The notes below the pieces were generated by a model. It saw only the letters and a program-made list of their open reading frames with translations. It was not told the origin of the DNA and did not search any database. This document shows positions 38,613 to 48,590 of a stretch of 64,000 nucleotides of DNA, piece after piece (positions within the stretch are counted from its first letter, which is position 1; each line of letters starts with the position of its first letter). Source of the stretch: Lachnospiraceae bacterium (GTDB taxonomy: Bacteria; Bacillota; Clostridia; Lachnospirales; Lachnospiraceae); the NCBI GenBank assembly GCA_024405155.1, contig JAKSPC010000003.1, forward strand, positions 24,846-88,845. Reading direction: 5' to 3'. The position numbers and the translations under genes were made by a program.

Positions 38613-40337
38613 TTATCTGTAGTCTTCTATCTGTACATTAAGCGTTCTGTACCCGTTCCACTCGTTGATCACCGGGTAAAACAGAATGCTTATCCTGTCT
38701 CTTGTTTCCAGCTCTTTTTTCAAAGCGTCCGCATCTCCGAACATGATGCCCGGAAGCACGATCCCGTCTTCCGCATAAAGATCCATGCGAAGCGCATTCC
38801 TTGTCCGCCCCATCACACGGAAATTTGCCGGATGCACGTTCCTGAGCGCAAACCGCGGTTTCTCATTTCCGCCTCCGAAAGGTTCCAGTTTTTCCAGGTC
38901 CCCCACCAGTTTTTCCGAGATCCGGGAAAAGGGAAGTTCACTGTCGATCCAGACCTTCGTTTTCAGATCGTCGTCTGTCAGAGCCGTCTGTGTGTTCAGT
39001 CTTTCTTCCAGAAGAGGGATATCCTCTTCCCTGACAGAAAGCCCTGCCGCCATGGGATGCCCTCCGAATTTCTGCAGCAGATCTCCCGCTTTTGCCAATT
39101 CCTCAAACATGTTATAAGCTTCCACGCTCCTGCCGCTTCCCTTCCATATCCCTTCCCGGTCGGAAGCAGTAAAAACGAAAGCCGGCCTTCCATAGTATTC
39201 CTTAAGTCTCCCCGCCACGATCCCGGCCAGAGATTCGTGCAGGTCTCTGAGACTGACGACCAGCACCTTTTTCTGCTGTTTTTCTTTTTCCACAACGGCA
39301 ACAGCCGCTTCCGTCCCTTTTGCCGTCAGCTCTTTTCTGGATTCATTGAGCCCCACCAGATATGCCGCGCGCTCCGATGCCGTCTGCGCATCCGGGGAGG
39401 CAAAAAGCGAAAACGCCCGTTCCGCCGTTTCCATTCTTCCTCCCGCATTGATGCAGGGACCCAGAACGAATCCGGCACCGTAGCAGGTGACTTTTTTCCC
39501 GGTAAGGCCCGTACACCGGATCAGCGCTTTCATGCCCGTATTGACACCGCCCGCGGACAGCACCCTGAGCCCTTCTTTTGCAATGATACGGTTCTCTCCC
39601 TTAAGGTCTATGCAGTCGCAGATCGTTGCCAGGGCTGCAAATTCCAGATACTTCAGATATTCTTCCGGATCCCGACCGAACTCCCGGAACAAAAGAGAAA
39701 CAAATTTCCACGCCGTTACGGTTCCGCAGAGCTCCTTTTCCGGATATGCGGAATCTTCCCTGCAGACGTTGACGATACCCGCCGCAGGCGGCAGGATCTC
39801 TTTCCCGTCCGCACCTTTCCGGATCTCGTGGTGATCCGTTATGATCACCGTGAGACCTGCATCCGCTGCGGCTTTAAGTTCCTCACAGGCACTGATGCCG
39901 TTGTCACAGGTAATGATCGTATCCACACCGTCCTTTACGGCAGCGGAAACGATGGCGCTGTTGATGCCGTATCCATCCCGGATCCTGTCGGGGATGGCTA
40001 TGCTGCAGTCAGCCCCCAGAGACAAAAGTGCGTCCCATAGCACGTAAGAGGCACAGACCCCATCCGCGTCATAGTCTCCGACGATACGGATCTTTTTTTT
40101 GCTCCTGATCTTTTCCGAAAGGATCTTCGCACTTTTTTCCCCGTCAGGAAGCATTGCCGCATCGTAAAGATCCTCTGCGCCGGCATTCAGGAAACGATCG
40201 ATCTGTTCCTCGGTAATGAGATCCCGGTTTCTCAGGACCCTTGCCGCCACGGGCTCGATCCCGAAGCGTTCCCCGATCTTTTGGAAATCGGCTCTCTTGG
40301 TGTACAGATACCACTCTTTTTTCAGATGATCCGTCAT
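38613..40337 (-). CDS. recJ: single-stranded-DNA-specific exonuclease RecJ
   Basis: 574-aa ORF with DHH motifs (VGDYDADGV, ITCDNG, VIITDHH) and DHHA1 GGHPMAAG. Confidence 0.94.
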   Translation of the reverse strand: MTDHLKKEWYLYTKRADFQKIGERFGIEPVAARVLRNRDLITEEQIDRFLNAGAEDLYDAAMLPDGEKSAKILSEKIRSKKKIRIVGDYDADGVCASYVLWDALLSLGADCSIAIPDRIRDGYGINSAIVSAAVKDGVDTIITCDNGISACEELKAAADAGLTVIITDHHEIRKGADGKEILPPAAGIVNVCREDSAYPEKELCGTVTAWKFVSLLFREFGRDPEEYLKYLEFAALATICDCIDLKGENRIIAKEGLRVLSAGGVNTGMKALIRCTGLTGKKVTCYGAGFVLGPCINAGGRMETAERAFSLFASPDAQTASERAAYLVGLNESRKELTAKGTEAAVAVVEKEKQQKKVLVVSLRDLHESLAGIVAGRLKEYYGRPAFVFTASDREGIWKGSGRSVEAYNMFEELAKAGDLLQKFGGHPMAAGLSVREEDIPLLEERLNTQTALTDDDLKTKVWIDSELPFSRISEKLVGDLEKLEPFGGGNEKPRFALRNVHPANFRVMGRTRNALRMDLYAEDGIVLPGIMFGDADALKKELETRDRISILFYPVINEWNGYRTLNVQIEDYR

Positions 40338-40723
40338 TTCTTCTGATTCAGGGGATCCAGTGATTCAAAAAACCTGGACAGTACCTCATCGGGATCCTCC
40401 TCCGCGTACTGCCCGCCCTCTTCCTCAGACCATACGTCTTCATCTGAAAACACGGCAAGACAGGAAGAATTGTCACGCTCTGCCCTGAGAAAAACATTCT
40501 TCACCTTTTCCAGGTAACACATCAGTTCAATATCCAGTTCATCGTTGTCGCTCACGGGCAGAAATACACCGACTGCCGTGGGTTCGCAAAGATCCGTCAG
40601 GCAATCATACAGGGCATCCAGACTGGTTCCGCAATATTCCGGAAGTTCCAGTTTTTCCTTCAGGTATTCGTGTATCGCATTTTTGGAAGTTGCGTTCGGA
40701 AACTTCAGTACGATCTTTCTCAT
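40334..40723 (-). CDS. barstar-family (RNase inhibitor-like) protein with acidic tail
   Basis: The N-terminal ~90 aa carry the barstar-like core LELPEYCGTSLDALYDCLTDL. GGAGAA sits 5 nt upstream. The stop overlaps the recJ ATG (ATGA). Confidence 0.72.
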   Translation of the reverse strand: MRKIVLKFPNATSKNAIHEYLKEKLELPEYCGTSLDALYDCLTDLCEPTAVGVFLPVSDNDELDIELMCYLEKVKNVFLRAERDNSSCLAVFSDEDVWSEEEGGQYAEEDPDEVLSRFFESLDPLNQKK

Positions 40724-40760
40724 CAGGGTTCTCCGTTATCCATTGGTCCATAGATACTAC

Positions 40761-40782
40761 AAGCCCGCCGATCTGGCGGGCT
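40761..40782 (-). terminator. GC-rich hairpin after ftsZ (weak or partial terminator)
   Basis: AAGCCCGCC-loop-GGCGGGCTT. No strong U-run follows on the minus strand. Confidence 0.45.
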
Positions 40783-40799
40783 TATAAGAGTTTATCATC

Positions 40800-42035
40800 T
40801 TATTTGCGGTTTCTCAGGAAATCGGGTATCTTGATCTCTCCGTCTCTGTTCTGTGGTCTGAATACCGGGGCTTCTTCCTGCTCCGGCGCTCCCGCCGGTT
40901 CCGCTTCTTCCTGCTGTCTGGGCTGTCCAAAGCCGAACCCCAGCTTGATCTCCGGCTGGTCACCGGCCACTCTTGCCGCTATTCCCGCCTGGGTAGTATA
41001 TCCGCCGGCAGCTGACTTCTGATTCTGCACTCCCTTTGCTCCGAAAGGCGATGTGCCGAACATGGACTTCATTGCCTGGCTGCGGGGGGTATCGATGCCC
41101 GTGGCGATCACGGTAATGGTACATTCATCCTGAGCCTTGTCATCATACATGACACCGAAGATCACATTGGCATCCTCACCGGCAAGCTCTTCCACGTAGG
41201 AAGCGGCCTCATTTGCCTCAAGCAGTGAGATGTCACCGGAAACATTGATGATGACATCGGAAGCGCCCTCGATGGAAGTCTCCAGGAGCGGTGATGCCAC
41301 TGCCTGCTTCACGGCTTCAAGAGCCTTGTCGTCACCCTTTGCCCGGCCGATACCGATATGAGCCACGCCCTTGTCCTTCATGACTGTCTGAATGTCTGCA
41401 AAGTCCAGATTGATGAGGGCGGGAAGATTGATCAGATCAGTAATTCCCGTCACTGCCTGAAGGAGAACTTCGTCTGCCTTCTTCAGCGCCTCAGGCATGG
41501 TGGTGCGTCTGTCTACCAGTTCCAGAAGTTTGTCGTTGGGGATCACGATCAGTGAGTCCACATTTGCCTTCAGGTTCTCAATGCCTTCCTCCGCATTCCT
41601 CATGCGCTGTTTTGCTTCGAAGCGGAAAGGCTTTGTTACGATACCCACAGTCAGAATGCCCTGATCTTTGGCTGCCTTTGCCACGACGGGTGCAGCTCCT
41701 GTACCGGTACCGCCGCCCATGCCGCAGGTAACAAATACCATGTCGGCACCTTTGAAGGCCTGATTGATCTCATCCAGACTCTCTTCCGCAGCCTTTTCGC
41801 CGATCTCCGGCCGTGCGCCTGCGCCAAGACCTTTGGTGAGCTTTTCACCGATCTGGATCGCCGAAGGAGCCTTACAGTGCTGGAGAGCCTGCTTATCGGT
41901 ATTCACACCGATAAGTTCCACTCCGGCCACGTTGGAATCCACCATTCTGTTAATGGCATTGTTTCCGGCACCGCCGACACCTACCACGAGGATCCTTGCT
42001 GCCGAATCGGACTCAGGTATTTTAATTTCAAGCAT
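40800..42035 (-). CDS. ftsZ: cell division protein FtsZ
   Basis: GVGGAGNNA and [11 protein letters not shown] tubulin signature motifs. Start set at MLEIKIPE (GAGG 9 nt upstream). Confidence 0.97.
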   Translation of the reverse strand: MLEIKIPESDSAARILVVGVGGAGNNAINRMVDSNVAGVELIGVNTDKQALQHCKAPSAIQIGEKLTKGLGAGARPEIGEKAAEESLDEINQAFKGADMVFVTCGMGGGTGTGAAPVVAKAAKDQGILTVGIVTKPFRFEAKQRMRNAEEGIENLKANVDSLIVIPNDKLLELVDRRTTMPEALKKADEVLLQAVTGITDLINLPALINLDFADIQTVMKDKGVAHIGIGRAKGDDKALEAVKQAVASPLLETSIEGASDVIINVSGDISLLEANEAASYVEELAGEDANVIFGVMYDDKAQDECTITVIATGIDTPRSQAMKSMFGTSPFGAKGVQNQKSAAGGYTTQAGIAARVAGDQPEIKLGFGFGQPRQQEEAEPAGAPEQEEAPVFRPQNRDGEIKIPDFLRNRK

Positions 42036-42069
42036 ATGCTTAAACCTCACACAATTATTCTAGTATATA

Positions 42070-42098
42070 AATATATACGCATAGCGCCATGTTTTCAA
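42070..42098 (-). promoter_or_regulatory. candidate sigma-70-type promoter for ftsZ
   Basis: Minus strand TTGAAA-17 nt-TATATT, about 35 nt upstream of the ftsZ ATG. Confidence 0.45.
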
Positions 42099-42129
42099 GC
42101 ACTTTGCAGAACTTTTAGATTTTCTTAAA

Positions 42130-42813
42130 CTATTCGTCCGGCACGAAAGAAAAGCCGTCCGAATGCAGATCGCTGTACCCCGAAAGATCGGCTGTTCCCT
42201 TTCTATCCTTCAGCTTATCGTACACGTCATTCAGCAGGGAAAGCTTCTCCGGAAACGTATCGTCATTCCCCAGTTTCACCCGGACTCCCCCGGAAAGTGT
42301 CAGAGTGACGTTTCCCGTTTCGTCGATGTTTATTGCCCTGAGCGGTATCTGATAGGCATCCATCTGCGACGAAATGTTCAGGATCTTCTCAAATACGGCA
42401 CTGCCGGCCACTTCCAGCTTCCGGTCAAGCACGATCTTTCCGAATCTGAGCCCCGTGATCTCGGGCACTCCGTCCAGCTCTTCCCCGGTGGATTCGATCA
42501 CGATCCCGTCCTTGTCGAAATACATCCTGCTTCCCATGTAAGACACGTAACCGATGGGCTTTTTCTCGTAAACGATCACCTCACAGCTGTCAGTTCCCGT
42601 AAGATGCACCTGATACGAGATGATGAAAGGAAAAGCTTTGTGTTTTCCCGTCTTTTCCCGGTAAAGGATCATAAAAAGGCTCCTGTCGCTTTCCCCGGGA
42701 AACACCATGGATATGATCTCTTCTTTTGAATAGGCTTTATTGCCCTTTACATCTATGGATCTTACACGAAAGATAAAAAGCAAAGAAATCCCTATCATAA
42801 CGACAAGGATCAC
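42130..42813 (-). CDS. ftsQ: cell division protein FtsQ/DivIB (start codon uncertain)
   Basis: TM segment then a POTRA-like region (VRSIDVKGNKAYSKEEI). The only ATG/GTG/TTG start is the GTG at 42813, which lies inside the TM helix and has no SD sequence; see findings. Confidence 0.75.
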   Translation of the reverse strand: MILVVMIGISLLFIFRVRSIDVKGNKAYSKEEIISMVFPGESDRSLFMILYREKTGKHKAFPFIISYQVHLTGTDSCEVIVYEKKPIGYVSYMGSRMYFDKDGIVIESTGEELDGVPEITGLRFGKIVLDRKLEVAGSAVFEKILNISSQMDAYQIPLRAINIDETGNVTLTLSGGVRVKLGNDDTFPEKLSLLNDVYDKLKDRKGTADLSGYSDLHSDGFSFVPDE

Positions 42814-42876
42814 TGTGACTGCAATAAGAAGCAGGGTGTTCGGCTTTCTTTCTTCGCCTTCCGTGTGTGTCCCTCC

Positions 42877-44088
42877 TTACCTTTCGTACCCTGCCGCATT
42901 GGATACACTGAGCACAAGTCCCATTTCCAGCATGGTAAACAAAACGGCCGTTCCGCCGTAACTGACGAACGGAAGCGTGACGCCGGTATTGGGGATCACT
43001 CCGGTGACCACGGATATGTTCAGGATCACCTGGACAGCAATGTGTGCCATAACACCCACACATATCATCGAACCAAAGCGGTCTTTCGCGTTTTTGGCCA
43101 CCAGCATGATACGGTACAGAAGGAACAGATAAAGGATCACCAGAGCTGCCGCTCCGATAAAGCCAAACTCTTCACACACCACGGAAAAGATCATATCATT
43201 CTGTACTTCCGGGATCTTTCCGAACTTCTGAATGCTTTCTCCCAGTCCTCTTCCCGTTATGCCGCCGGAACCGATGGCGTAGAGTCCCTGCTGCGTCTGA
43301 TAGGCATCGTCGGCAAACACTTCCGGGAGTGCCCATCCGTAGACTCTTCTCATCCAGTATTTTTCAGGGCGCTTGATAATGCTGTTATCAATAAGGTACT
43401 TCCTCACAAGAGGCTTTGCAGCAAGGATCCCGCCGACCCCCATGGCCGAAATGCCCAGCAGGAATTTTTTTCCCGTCGCCACATACAGCATTACGATAAC
43501 GATACTCATGACGATGAATGCGGAACTGATGTTCTGCGTCAGGATAAGGAGCGTCGGAACCGCTCCCATGGCTGCCGCGAACCAGAACGCTTTCGGATGT
43601 CTGATCTCCTTCTTCAGTGCATCGCATAAAAAGGCCTCAAAAACGATGATTCCTATCTTGGCAAGTTCGGCCGGCTGAAAAGAAACGCCGGCAATGGAGA
43701 TCCAGCGTGTTTTTCCGTGAGAGGACAATCCCAGGAACAGCGTAAGTGCCAGGAGTATCACAGAGCCCAGCCAGATAAGCCAGGGAACATACCCCTTTTT
43801 CAGAAGTCTGTAGGGAAGCTTTGACATGACGATGGCACCAAGCAGACCGCCGCCGCCAATGATCAGCTGACGCTTGAAATAATAGCTGCCGTCATTCAGT
43901 TCCATGGCAGCGGAATACTGGGAACCGGAATAAATGAATAAAAGTCCCAGGGAAAACAGAAAGATCACAAGAAACAGAAGCGTGTAATCATACATACTTC
44001 TTACGGGAATGATATCCGCTTTTTTACCGGACCTTGGTTCTTCCTGTTCGATATTTCTTTTTCTGACAGCTGACTGTGAATATGTCAT
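42877..44088 (-). CDS. ftsW: FtsW/RodA/SpoVE-family peptidoglycan glycosyltransferase
   Basis: 403-aa polytopic SEDS protein (PEVQNDMIFSVVCEEFGFIG, LPFVSYGGT). Confidence 0.92.
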   Translation of the reverse strand: MTYSQSAVRKRNIEQEEPRSGKKADIIPVRSMYDYTLLFLVIFLFSLGLLFIYSGSQYSAAMELNDGSYYFKRQLIIGGGGLLGAIVMSKLPYRLLKKGYVPWLIWLGSVILLALTLFLGLSSHGKTRWISIAGVSFQPAELAKIGIIVFEAFLCDALKKEIRHPKAFWFAAAMGAVPTLLILTQNISSAFIVMSIVIVMLYVATGKKFLLGISAMGVGGILAAKPLVRKYLIDNSIIKRPEKYWMRRVYGWALPEVFADDAYQTQQGLYAIGSGGITGRGLGESIQKFGKIPEVQNDMIFSVVCEEFGFIGAAALVILYLFLLYRIMLVAKNAKDRFGSMICVGVMAHIAVQVILNISVVTGVIPNTGVTLPFVSYGGTAVLFTMLEMGLVLSVSNAAGYER

Positions 44089-44089
44089 A

Positions 44090-45448
44090 TCAAAGCTCCA
44101 TTACACTCTTCTTGAAGATATCTCCTCGTTCCTCAAAACTTTGGAACATGTCCCAACTGGCACAGGCAGGCGACAGCAGCACGTAATCCCCCTCATCCGC
44201 ATAGGAAGCTGCCGTATTGACCGCCTCTTCCATGTCATCCGCAAATACCACGTCCTTGAATCCGTACTTACGGCAGCATTCCAGGATCTTGTTTCTGGTG
44301 GCGCCCATCAGGATAAGGCATTTTACCTTCTCCCTGAACAGTTTGACCCAATCGTCAAACGCCAGTCCTTTGTCATAGCCTCCTCCGATAAGCACTGTGG
44401 GTCCCGGCATGGCCAGGAGCGCCTGGATCGCCGCATCGGGATTGGTCCCCTTGGAATCGTTATAGTACTTTACTTTACATCTTTCCCTCACGAATTCGAT
44501 CCTGTGGGGAACTGCCCTGAACTCGCGGAGGCCTTCGCAGATACCTTCCCTGCTCACGCCCATCTTAAGGGCGATGGCCGCTGCAGCACAGGAATTTTCA
44601 TAATTATGACGTCCAATGATCTTAAGCTCGGAAACGTTGATCAATTCCGTCACGATCCCGTTTTCCTTCACAAAGATCTTTCCGTCTTTTGTGAAAACGG
44701 CCTCTCCTTCCGGTTCACACTGAGAAGAGAACCACACCACGTGCGGTCTGATACCGCTTTCGCCGAATGTTCTTAAAACACTGTCATCATAATTCAGTAC
44801 GACCGTATCATCCTCCGTCTGATTTCTGATGATCTGCTTTTTGCATTCCACGTATCCAGCCATACTTCCGTGCCGGTCAAGATGATCCGGAGTAATGTTC
44901 AGAATGGCACTGACATTCGGATGAAAATCCGCAATGGTCTCCAGCATGAAAGAACTCACTTCTATCACGGAAGCGGAGGCTTCCGTGGTAAGGAGAGCCA
45001 CTTCGGTATAAGGCGTCCCTATGTTTCCCGCCACTTTCACGTCTGCATAAGCGTGACGGAGCAGTTCTCCCACCAGCGATGTGGTGGTAGTCTTCCCGTT
45101 GGTACCGGTAATGGCCGCCATCTTTCCCTTCGCAGCCTGGTAACCAAGTTCCAGTTCCCCTATCATGGGTACACCCGACTTCTGTACTGCCTGGACGCAT
45201 TCGGAAGAAAGAGGGATCCCCGGGCTTATGCACGCCAGGGAACACCCGCGCAGGTGTCCGGGGTATAAGGTCCCAGTGATCAGATCCACCCGGGTCCCGT
45301 CAGCGAATTCGGAAAGTACCTTTTCCCTGTCGGTTTCCGGATCACTGTTATAAAGAAGCGCAGTTCCGCCAAGGGCGGTCACCAGCTTTGCCGCTGCGAT
45401 CCCGCTCTTTCCCGTTCCTGCGATAAATACTTTTTTACTGTCATTCAT
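44090..45448 (-). CDS. murD: UDP-N-acetylmuramoyl-L-alanine--D-glutamate ligase
   Basis: GTGKSG and GTNGKTTT motifs. Start set at MNDSKKVFIAG, which forms an ATGA overlap with the mraY stop (45445-45448). Confidence 0.94.
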   Translation of the reverse strand: MNDSKKVFIAGTGKSGIAAAKLVTALGGTALLYNSDPETDREKVLSEFADGTRVDLITGTLYPGHLRGCSLACISPGIPLSSECVQAVQKSGVPMIGELELGYQAAKGKMAAITGTNGKTTTTSLVGELLRHAYADVKVAGNIGTPYTEVALLTTEASASVIEVSSFMLETIADFHPNVSAILNITPDHLDRHGSMAGYVECKKQIIRNQTEDDTVVLNYDDSVLRTFGESGIRPHVVWFSSQCEPEGEAVFTKDGKIFVKENGIVTELINVSELKIIGRHNYENSCAAAAIALKMGVSREGICEGLREFRAVPHRIEFVRERCKVKYYNDSKGTNPDAAIQALLAMPGPTVLIGGGYDKGLAFDDWVKLFREKVKCLILMGATRNKILECCRKYGFKDVVFADDMEEAVNTAASYADEGDYVLLSPACASWDMFQSFEERGDIFKKSVMEL

Positions 45449-46473
45449 GCCCATATTCCAATGATCCCCAGTGCGGCAAGAAGTGCCGAAATGATGGTAA
45501 ATGCCGTTACGATCCTGGTCTCCGAATTTCCGCACATTTCAAAGTGGTGATGGATCGGTGCCATTTTGAAGATCCGCTTTCCGTGGGTGGCTTTAAAATA
45601 GGATACCTGAATGATCACGGAAAGGACTTCTGCCAGATATATGAAGCCTACGATAAGAATGTACAGCTCACAACCGGAGACAACAGCCGCTGCGGCAACA
45701 AAACCACCGATAGCAAGGGAACCCGTATCCCCCATGAATACTTTTGCAGGATAGGCATTGAAAAACAAAAAGCCCATCAGTGCGCCGATCATGGCAGCCG
45801 AGGTGATCGATATTCCAAACGTCCCGGATACGAGAGCGCCTGCCAGCATGAAAAACAATGCGACGGGGATGGTTACGGAAGACAGAAGTCCGTCCAGCCC
45901 GTCTGTGAAATTGGTCCCGTTATCGGTACCGAGTGCCGCAAGGACTACAAAGGGAACATACAGCCATACAGGAAGCGTGATCCCTGCAGCGTTTTCGCCA
46001 AGGCCGGTAAACGGGATCAGGATCTTTCCGGGTGTCACCCCTTCTGCAGGCGCATAGTAGGTCCAGACCGCAAAGACCAGCGCGGCGATCAGCTGAAGGA
46101 AAAGTTTGCGTGCGGGGCTCAGGCCTTTACTGTTATGTCTCCTGATCTTCAGAAGATCATCCAGAAAACCTGCCAGACCAAATCCCAGCGTCAGCAGGAG
46201 GATCTGCAGGATCTGTACGGAGATCTGTCTTTCACGGATCCATCCGATGATGACTGCCCCCACAAAACCGATCACGATCACTGCACCGCCCATGGTAGGC
46301 GTGCCCTGCTTGGAAAGGTGTGCCTGCGGCCCGTCGTCCCTCACTTCCTGACCGAACTTTGCCCTCCTTACGGCTTCAATGAAAGAAGGCGCCGCAAGAA
46401 GCACCAGAACAAAGGCAACTACTGTCACCATGAACAATGTAATGATCTCCGTCTGTGTTATCTGCTGCATCAT
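45445..46473 (-). CDS. mraY: phospho-N-acetylmuramoyl-pentapeptide transferase
   Basis: 342-aa ORF with GTPTMGG, NFTDGLDGL and GDTGSLAIGG motifs. Confidence 0.97.
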   Translation of the reverse strand: MMQQITQTEIITLFMVTVVAFVLVLLAAPSFIEAVRRAKFGQEVRDDGPQAHLSKQGTPTMGGAVIVIGFVGAVIIGWIRERQISVQILQILLLTLGFGLAGFLDDLLKIRRHNSKGLSPARKLFLQLIAALVFAVWTYYAPAEGVTPGKILIPFTGLGENAAGITLPVWLYVPFVVLAALGTDNGTNFTDGLDGLLSSVTIPVALFFMLAGALVSGTFGISITSAAMIGALMGFLFFNAYPAKVFMGDTGSLAIGGFVAAAAVVSGCELYILIVGFIYLAEVLSVIIQVSYFKATHGKRIFKMAPIHHHFEMCGNSETRIVTAFTIISALLAALGIIGIWA

Positions 46474-48590
46474 CTTTCTTCTCCATTAAACGTATCCGGC
46501 AGTTCTCCGCCGTTGTTTTCTCCCTGTATGAATTCTTCCGTAGCCGGCTCTTCGATCTGATATTCCGCAGCTCTGTATTCAGAAGCCGTGGTACCCTCGG
46601 GATAAAGATTCACCGCAGGCAGCGCTTCCGCCATGACCTTGGAAAAGATCTGGGAAGCAAAGGAAGAATGTGCTGCCTCTTCACCGGGAAGCAGCGGTTC
46701 GTCCACGATCACATAGCACAAAAGCTTCGGATCTTCCACAGGCGCAAAACCGCAGAAGGATACGACGTATGTCTGAGCGCTTCTGGGCAGTTTCTGTGCT
46801 GTTCCCGTTTTTCCGCCGATATGGTAACCCTCTACAGCGGCAGCCTTTCCGGTTCCTGTTTCCACTGTGGCAAACAAAGCTTCCTTCAGATAATCGCAGG
46901 TATTGGCGGATACCGTTTCTCTGACCAGTACCGGATCGTTTTCCTTTACCAGAGCTCCGTCGGGAGATACGATCTGTTTCACCACGTGGGGCTGATAATA
47001 ATGACCGCCGTTGGCAACGGAGGCATAAGCAGCCGCCATCTGGACCATAGTGCAGTTGAAGTTCTGTCCGAAAGAGTTTGTCGCCAGCTGTGTCCGTCCG
47101 ATATTGTCATCTGCAAACCCAAGAGCAGAAGTATCTGCTTCCGCGGGAAGATCGATGCCGGTATACTCCCCGAAGCCGAAAGTCTTTTCGTATTTTACGA
47201 AGTTTTTTGCCCCTTCGGCAAAGGCGATGTTCATCATGACCACATTGCAGGAATTGGTGATGCCGCCGGTCACGTCCAGAAGACCGTGGCCGTTTCTGTT
47301 CACACAGTTTATTCTCCAGGTATTTACACCATCGGAAAGTTCCACGTGTCCTTCGCAGTTGTACGTATCGTTTCGGGAAATGATGCCCTCTTCCATGGCA
47401 CCTGCCACCGTGAATATCTTCTGCGTGGATCCCGGCTCATAGGTATCGCTGACGCACAGATTGCGCCAGTTCAGATTCATTGCTGCCGTGGATCCCAGTT
47501 TCCGGATCTCCTCTCCCGTATACAACCCGGGGATCTGTTCCTTTGTCGGCGTTTCCGTCCCGGGATTTTTCGACTTATAGTCACTGACAGCGGCGGTCAG
47601 TCCCAGCTGATAGATCTCCTCATCGGTAAAGTCACCCGTGGTGGAAGGGTCGTTCAGATCAAAACTGTTTGTACCTGCCATGGCCAGGATCTCACCGTTG
47701 TTCGGATCCATCACCACGCAGGCGGCCGATTTGGAACCGATCTCGCCCTCTTTCCACTCTTTCAGATATTTTTCCACAGCCTGCTGGATAGACGCATCGA
47801 TGGTAAGGATCAGGCTGTTGCCGTTTTCGGCGGATTTCACCACTTTTTCAAGATCCGCATCATCGTTCAGATAGCCGTATTCCCTGCCGTTCACGCCGGA
47901 AAGCACGCTGTTGTAGTACTGTTCCACGCCGCCGACGCCATTTACCCCGGAAGCATCGGCGAATCCGATGACGCTGCAGGCAAGGGCGTTGTACGGATAG
48001 TTCCTCTTATAGTTGTCCTCGAACCAGATGCCGTAGATCTTCTGTTTCTTCACCTGGGCGTCTTCACTCATGGCAAACTCGGCGTTCTTTTTTTCCTGAT
48101 AATCCAGGAATCCCTGCTTTTCGTCATAAGTGATGTCCTTTTTGAACCGTATATATGGCGAGGATTCGTTCCCGGTGATCAGCTGCCGCAGCTCGCCGCT
48201 GTCTGTTCCGAAATATTCCGAAACCGCCTGAATGGTAGGCTCCACCACGTTCCGTGATCGGTTTCCGTCCTTTGTCCTGTTCTCGGCTTCGATCATCTGT
48301 GCCGGGTCTACGATAAGGATGTACACTTTCTCACTTGTCGCCAGCCGGTTTCCGTTCCTGTCAAAGATATCTCCCCGTCGTGCCGGCAGCGTTTTGGAGG
48401 AATACTCCGACTGGCGCTGGGTAAGTACGATCTTATTGTAATCTTCCTCTTTATTCCTCTGAATAAAAAAAACGTGCGCCAACAGAGCCATCAGCAGCAC
48501 GGCAAATACGGAAAGCGATATCAGAAGACGCTTTTCAGAAACAGGCCCGGTTTTTCTTTTTTCCTGATCAGAGTTCCGGGATCCGTTCAT
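46470..48590 (-). CDS. class B penicillin-binding protein (FtsI/PBP2B/SpoVD-like transpeptidase)
   Basis: 706-aa ORF with an N-terminal TM segment, a dimerisation domain, STQK (SxxK) and KTGTA motifs. Confidence 0.9.
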   Translation of the reverse strand: MNGSRNSDQEKRKTGPVSEKRLLISLSVFAVLLMALLAHVFFIQRNKEEDYNKIVLTQRQSEYSSKTLPARRGDIFDRNGNRLATSEKVYILIVDPAQMIEAENRTKDGNRSRNVVEPTIQAVSEYFGTDSGELRQLITGNESSPYIRFKKDITYDEKQGFLDYQEKKNAEFAMSEDAQVKKQKIYGIWFEDNYKRNYPYNALACSVIGFADASGVNGVGGVEQYYNSVLSGVNGREYGYLNDDADLEKVVKSAENGNSLILTIDASIQQAVEKYLKEWKEGEIGSKSAACVVMDPNNGEILAMAGTNSFDLNDPSTTGDFTDEEIYQLGLTAAVSDYKSKNPGTETPTKEQIPGLYTGEEIRKLGSTAAMNLNWRNLCVSDTYEPGSTQKIFTVAGAMEEGIISRNDTYNCEGHVELSDGVNTWRINCVNRNGHGLLDVTGGITNSCNVVMMNIAFAEGAKNFVKYEKTFGFGEYTGIDLPAEADTSALGFADDNIGRTQLATNSFGQNFNCTMVQMAAAYASVANGGHYYQPHVVKQIVSPDGALVKENDPVLVRETVSANTCDYLKEALFATVETGTGKAAAVEGYHIGGKTGTAQKLPRSAQTYVVSFCGFAPVEDPKLLCYVIVDEPLLPGEEAAHSSFASQIFSKVMAEALPAVNLYPEGTTASEYRAAEYQIEEPATEEFIQGENNGGELPDTFNGEER

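Noticed and set aside
38574-40040. 488-aa plus-strand ORF, antisense to recJ.
   Set aside because: Same shadow-ORF signature. recJ on the other strand has the complete DHH/DHHA1 motif set.
42737-43063. 108-aa minus-strand ORF spanning the ftsW/ftsQ junction. I considered it as a possible frameshifted FtsQ N-terminus.
   Set aside because: It is out of frame with both genes and Cys/Arg/His-rich with no TM segment. The in-frame sequence right after the ftsW stop already encodes a proper FtsQ N-terminus.
46455-48257. 600-aa ORF on the plus strand, antisense to the penicillin-binding protein gene.
   Set aside because: This is a shadow ORF. It is exactly antisense to a gene with clear PBP motifs. 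Its composition is biased (R/G/H/F/V-rich, low complexity) and it has no SD sequence. The frame stays open because codons complementary to stop codons (TTA, CTA, TCA) are rare in this genome.
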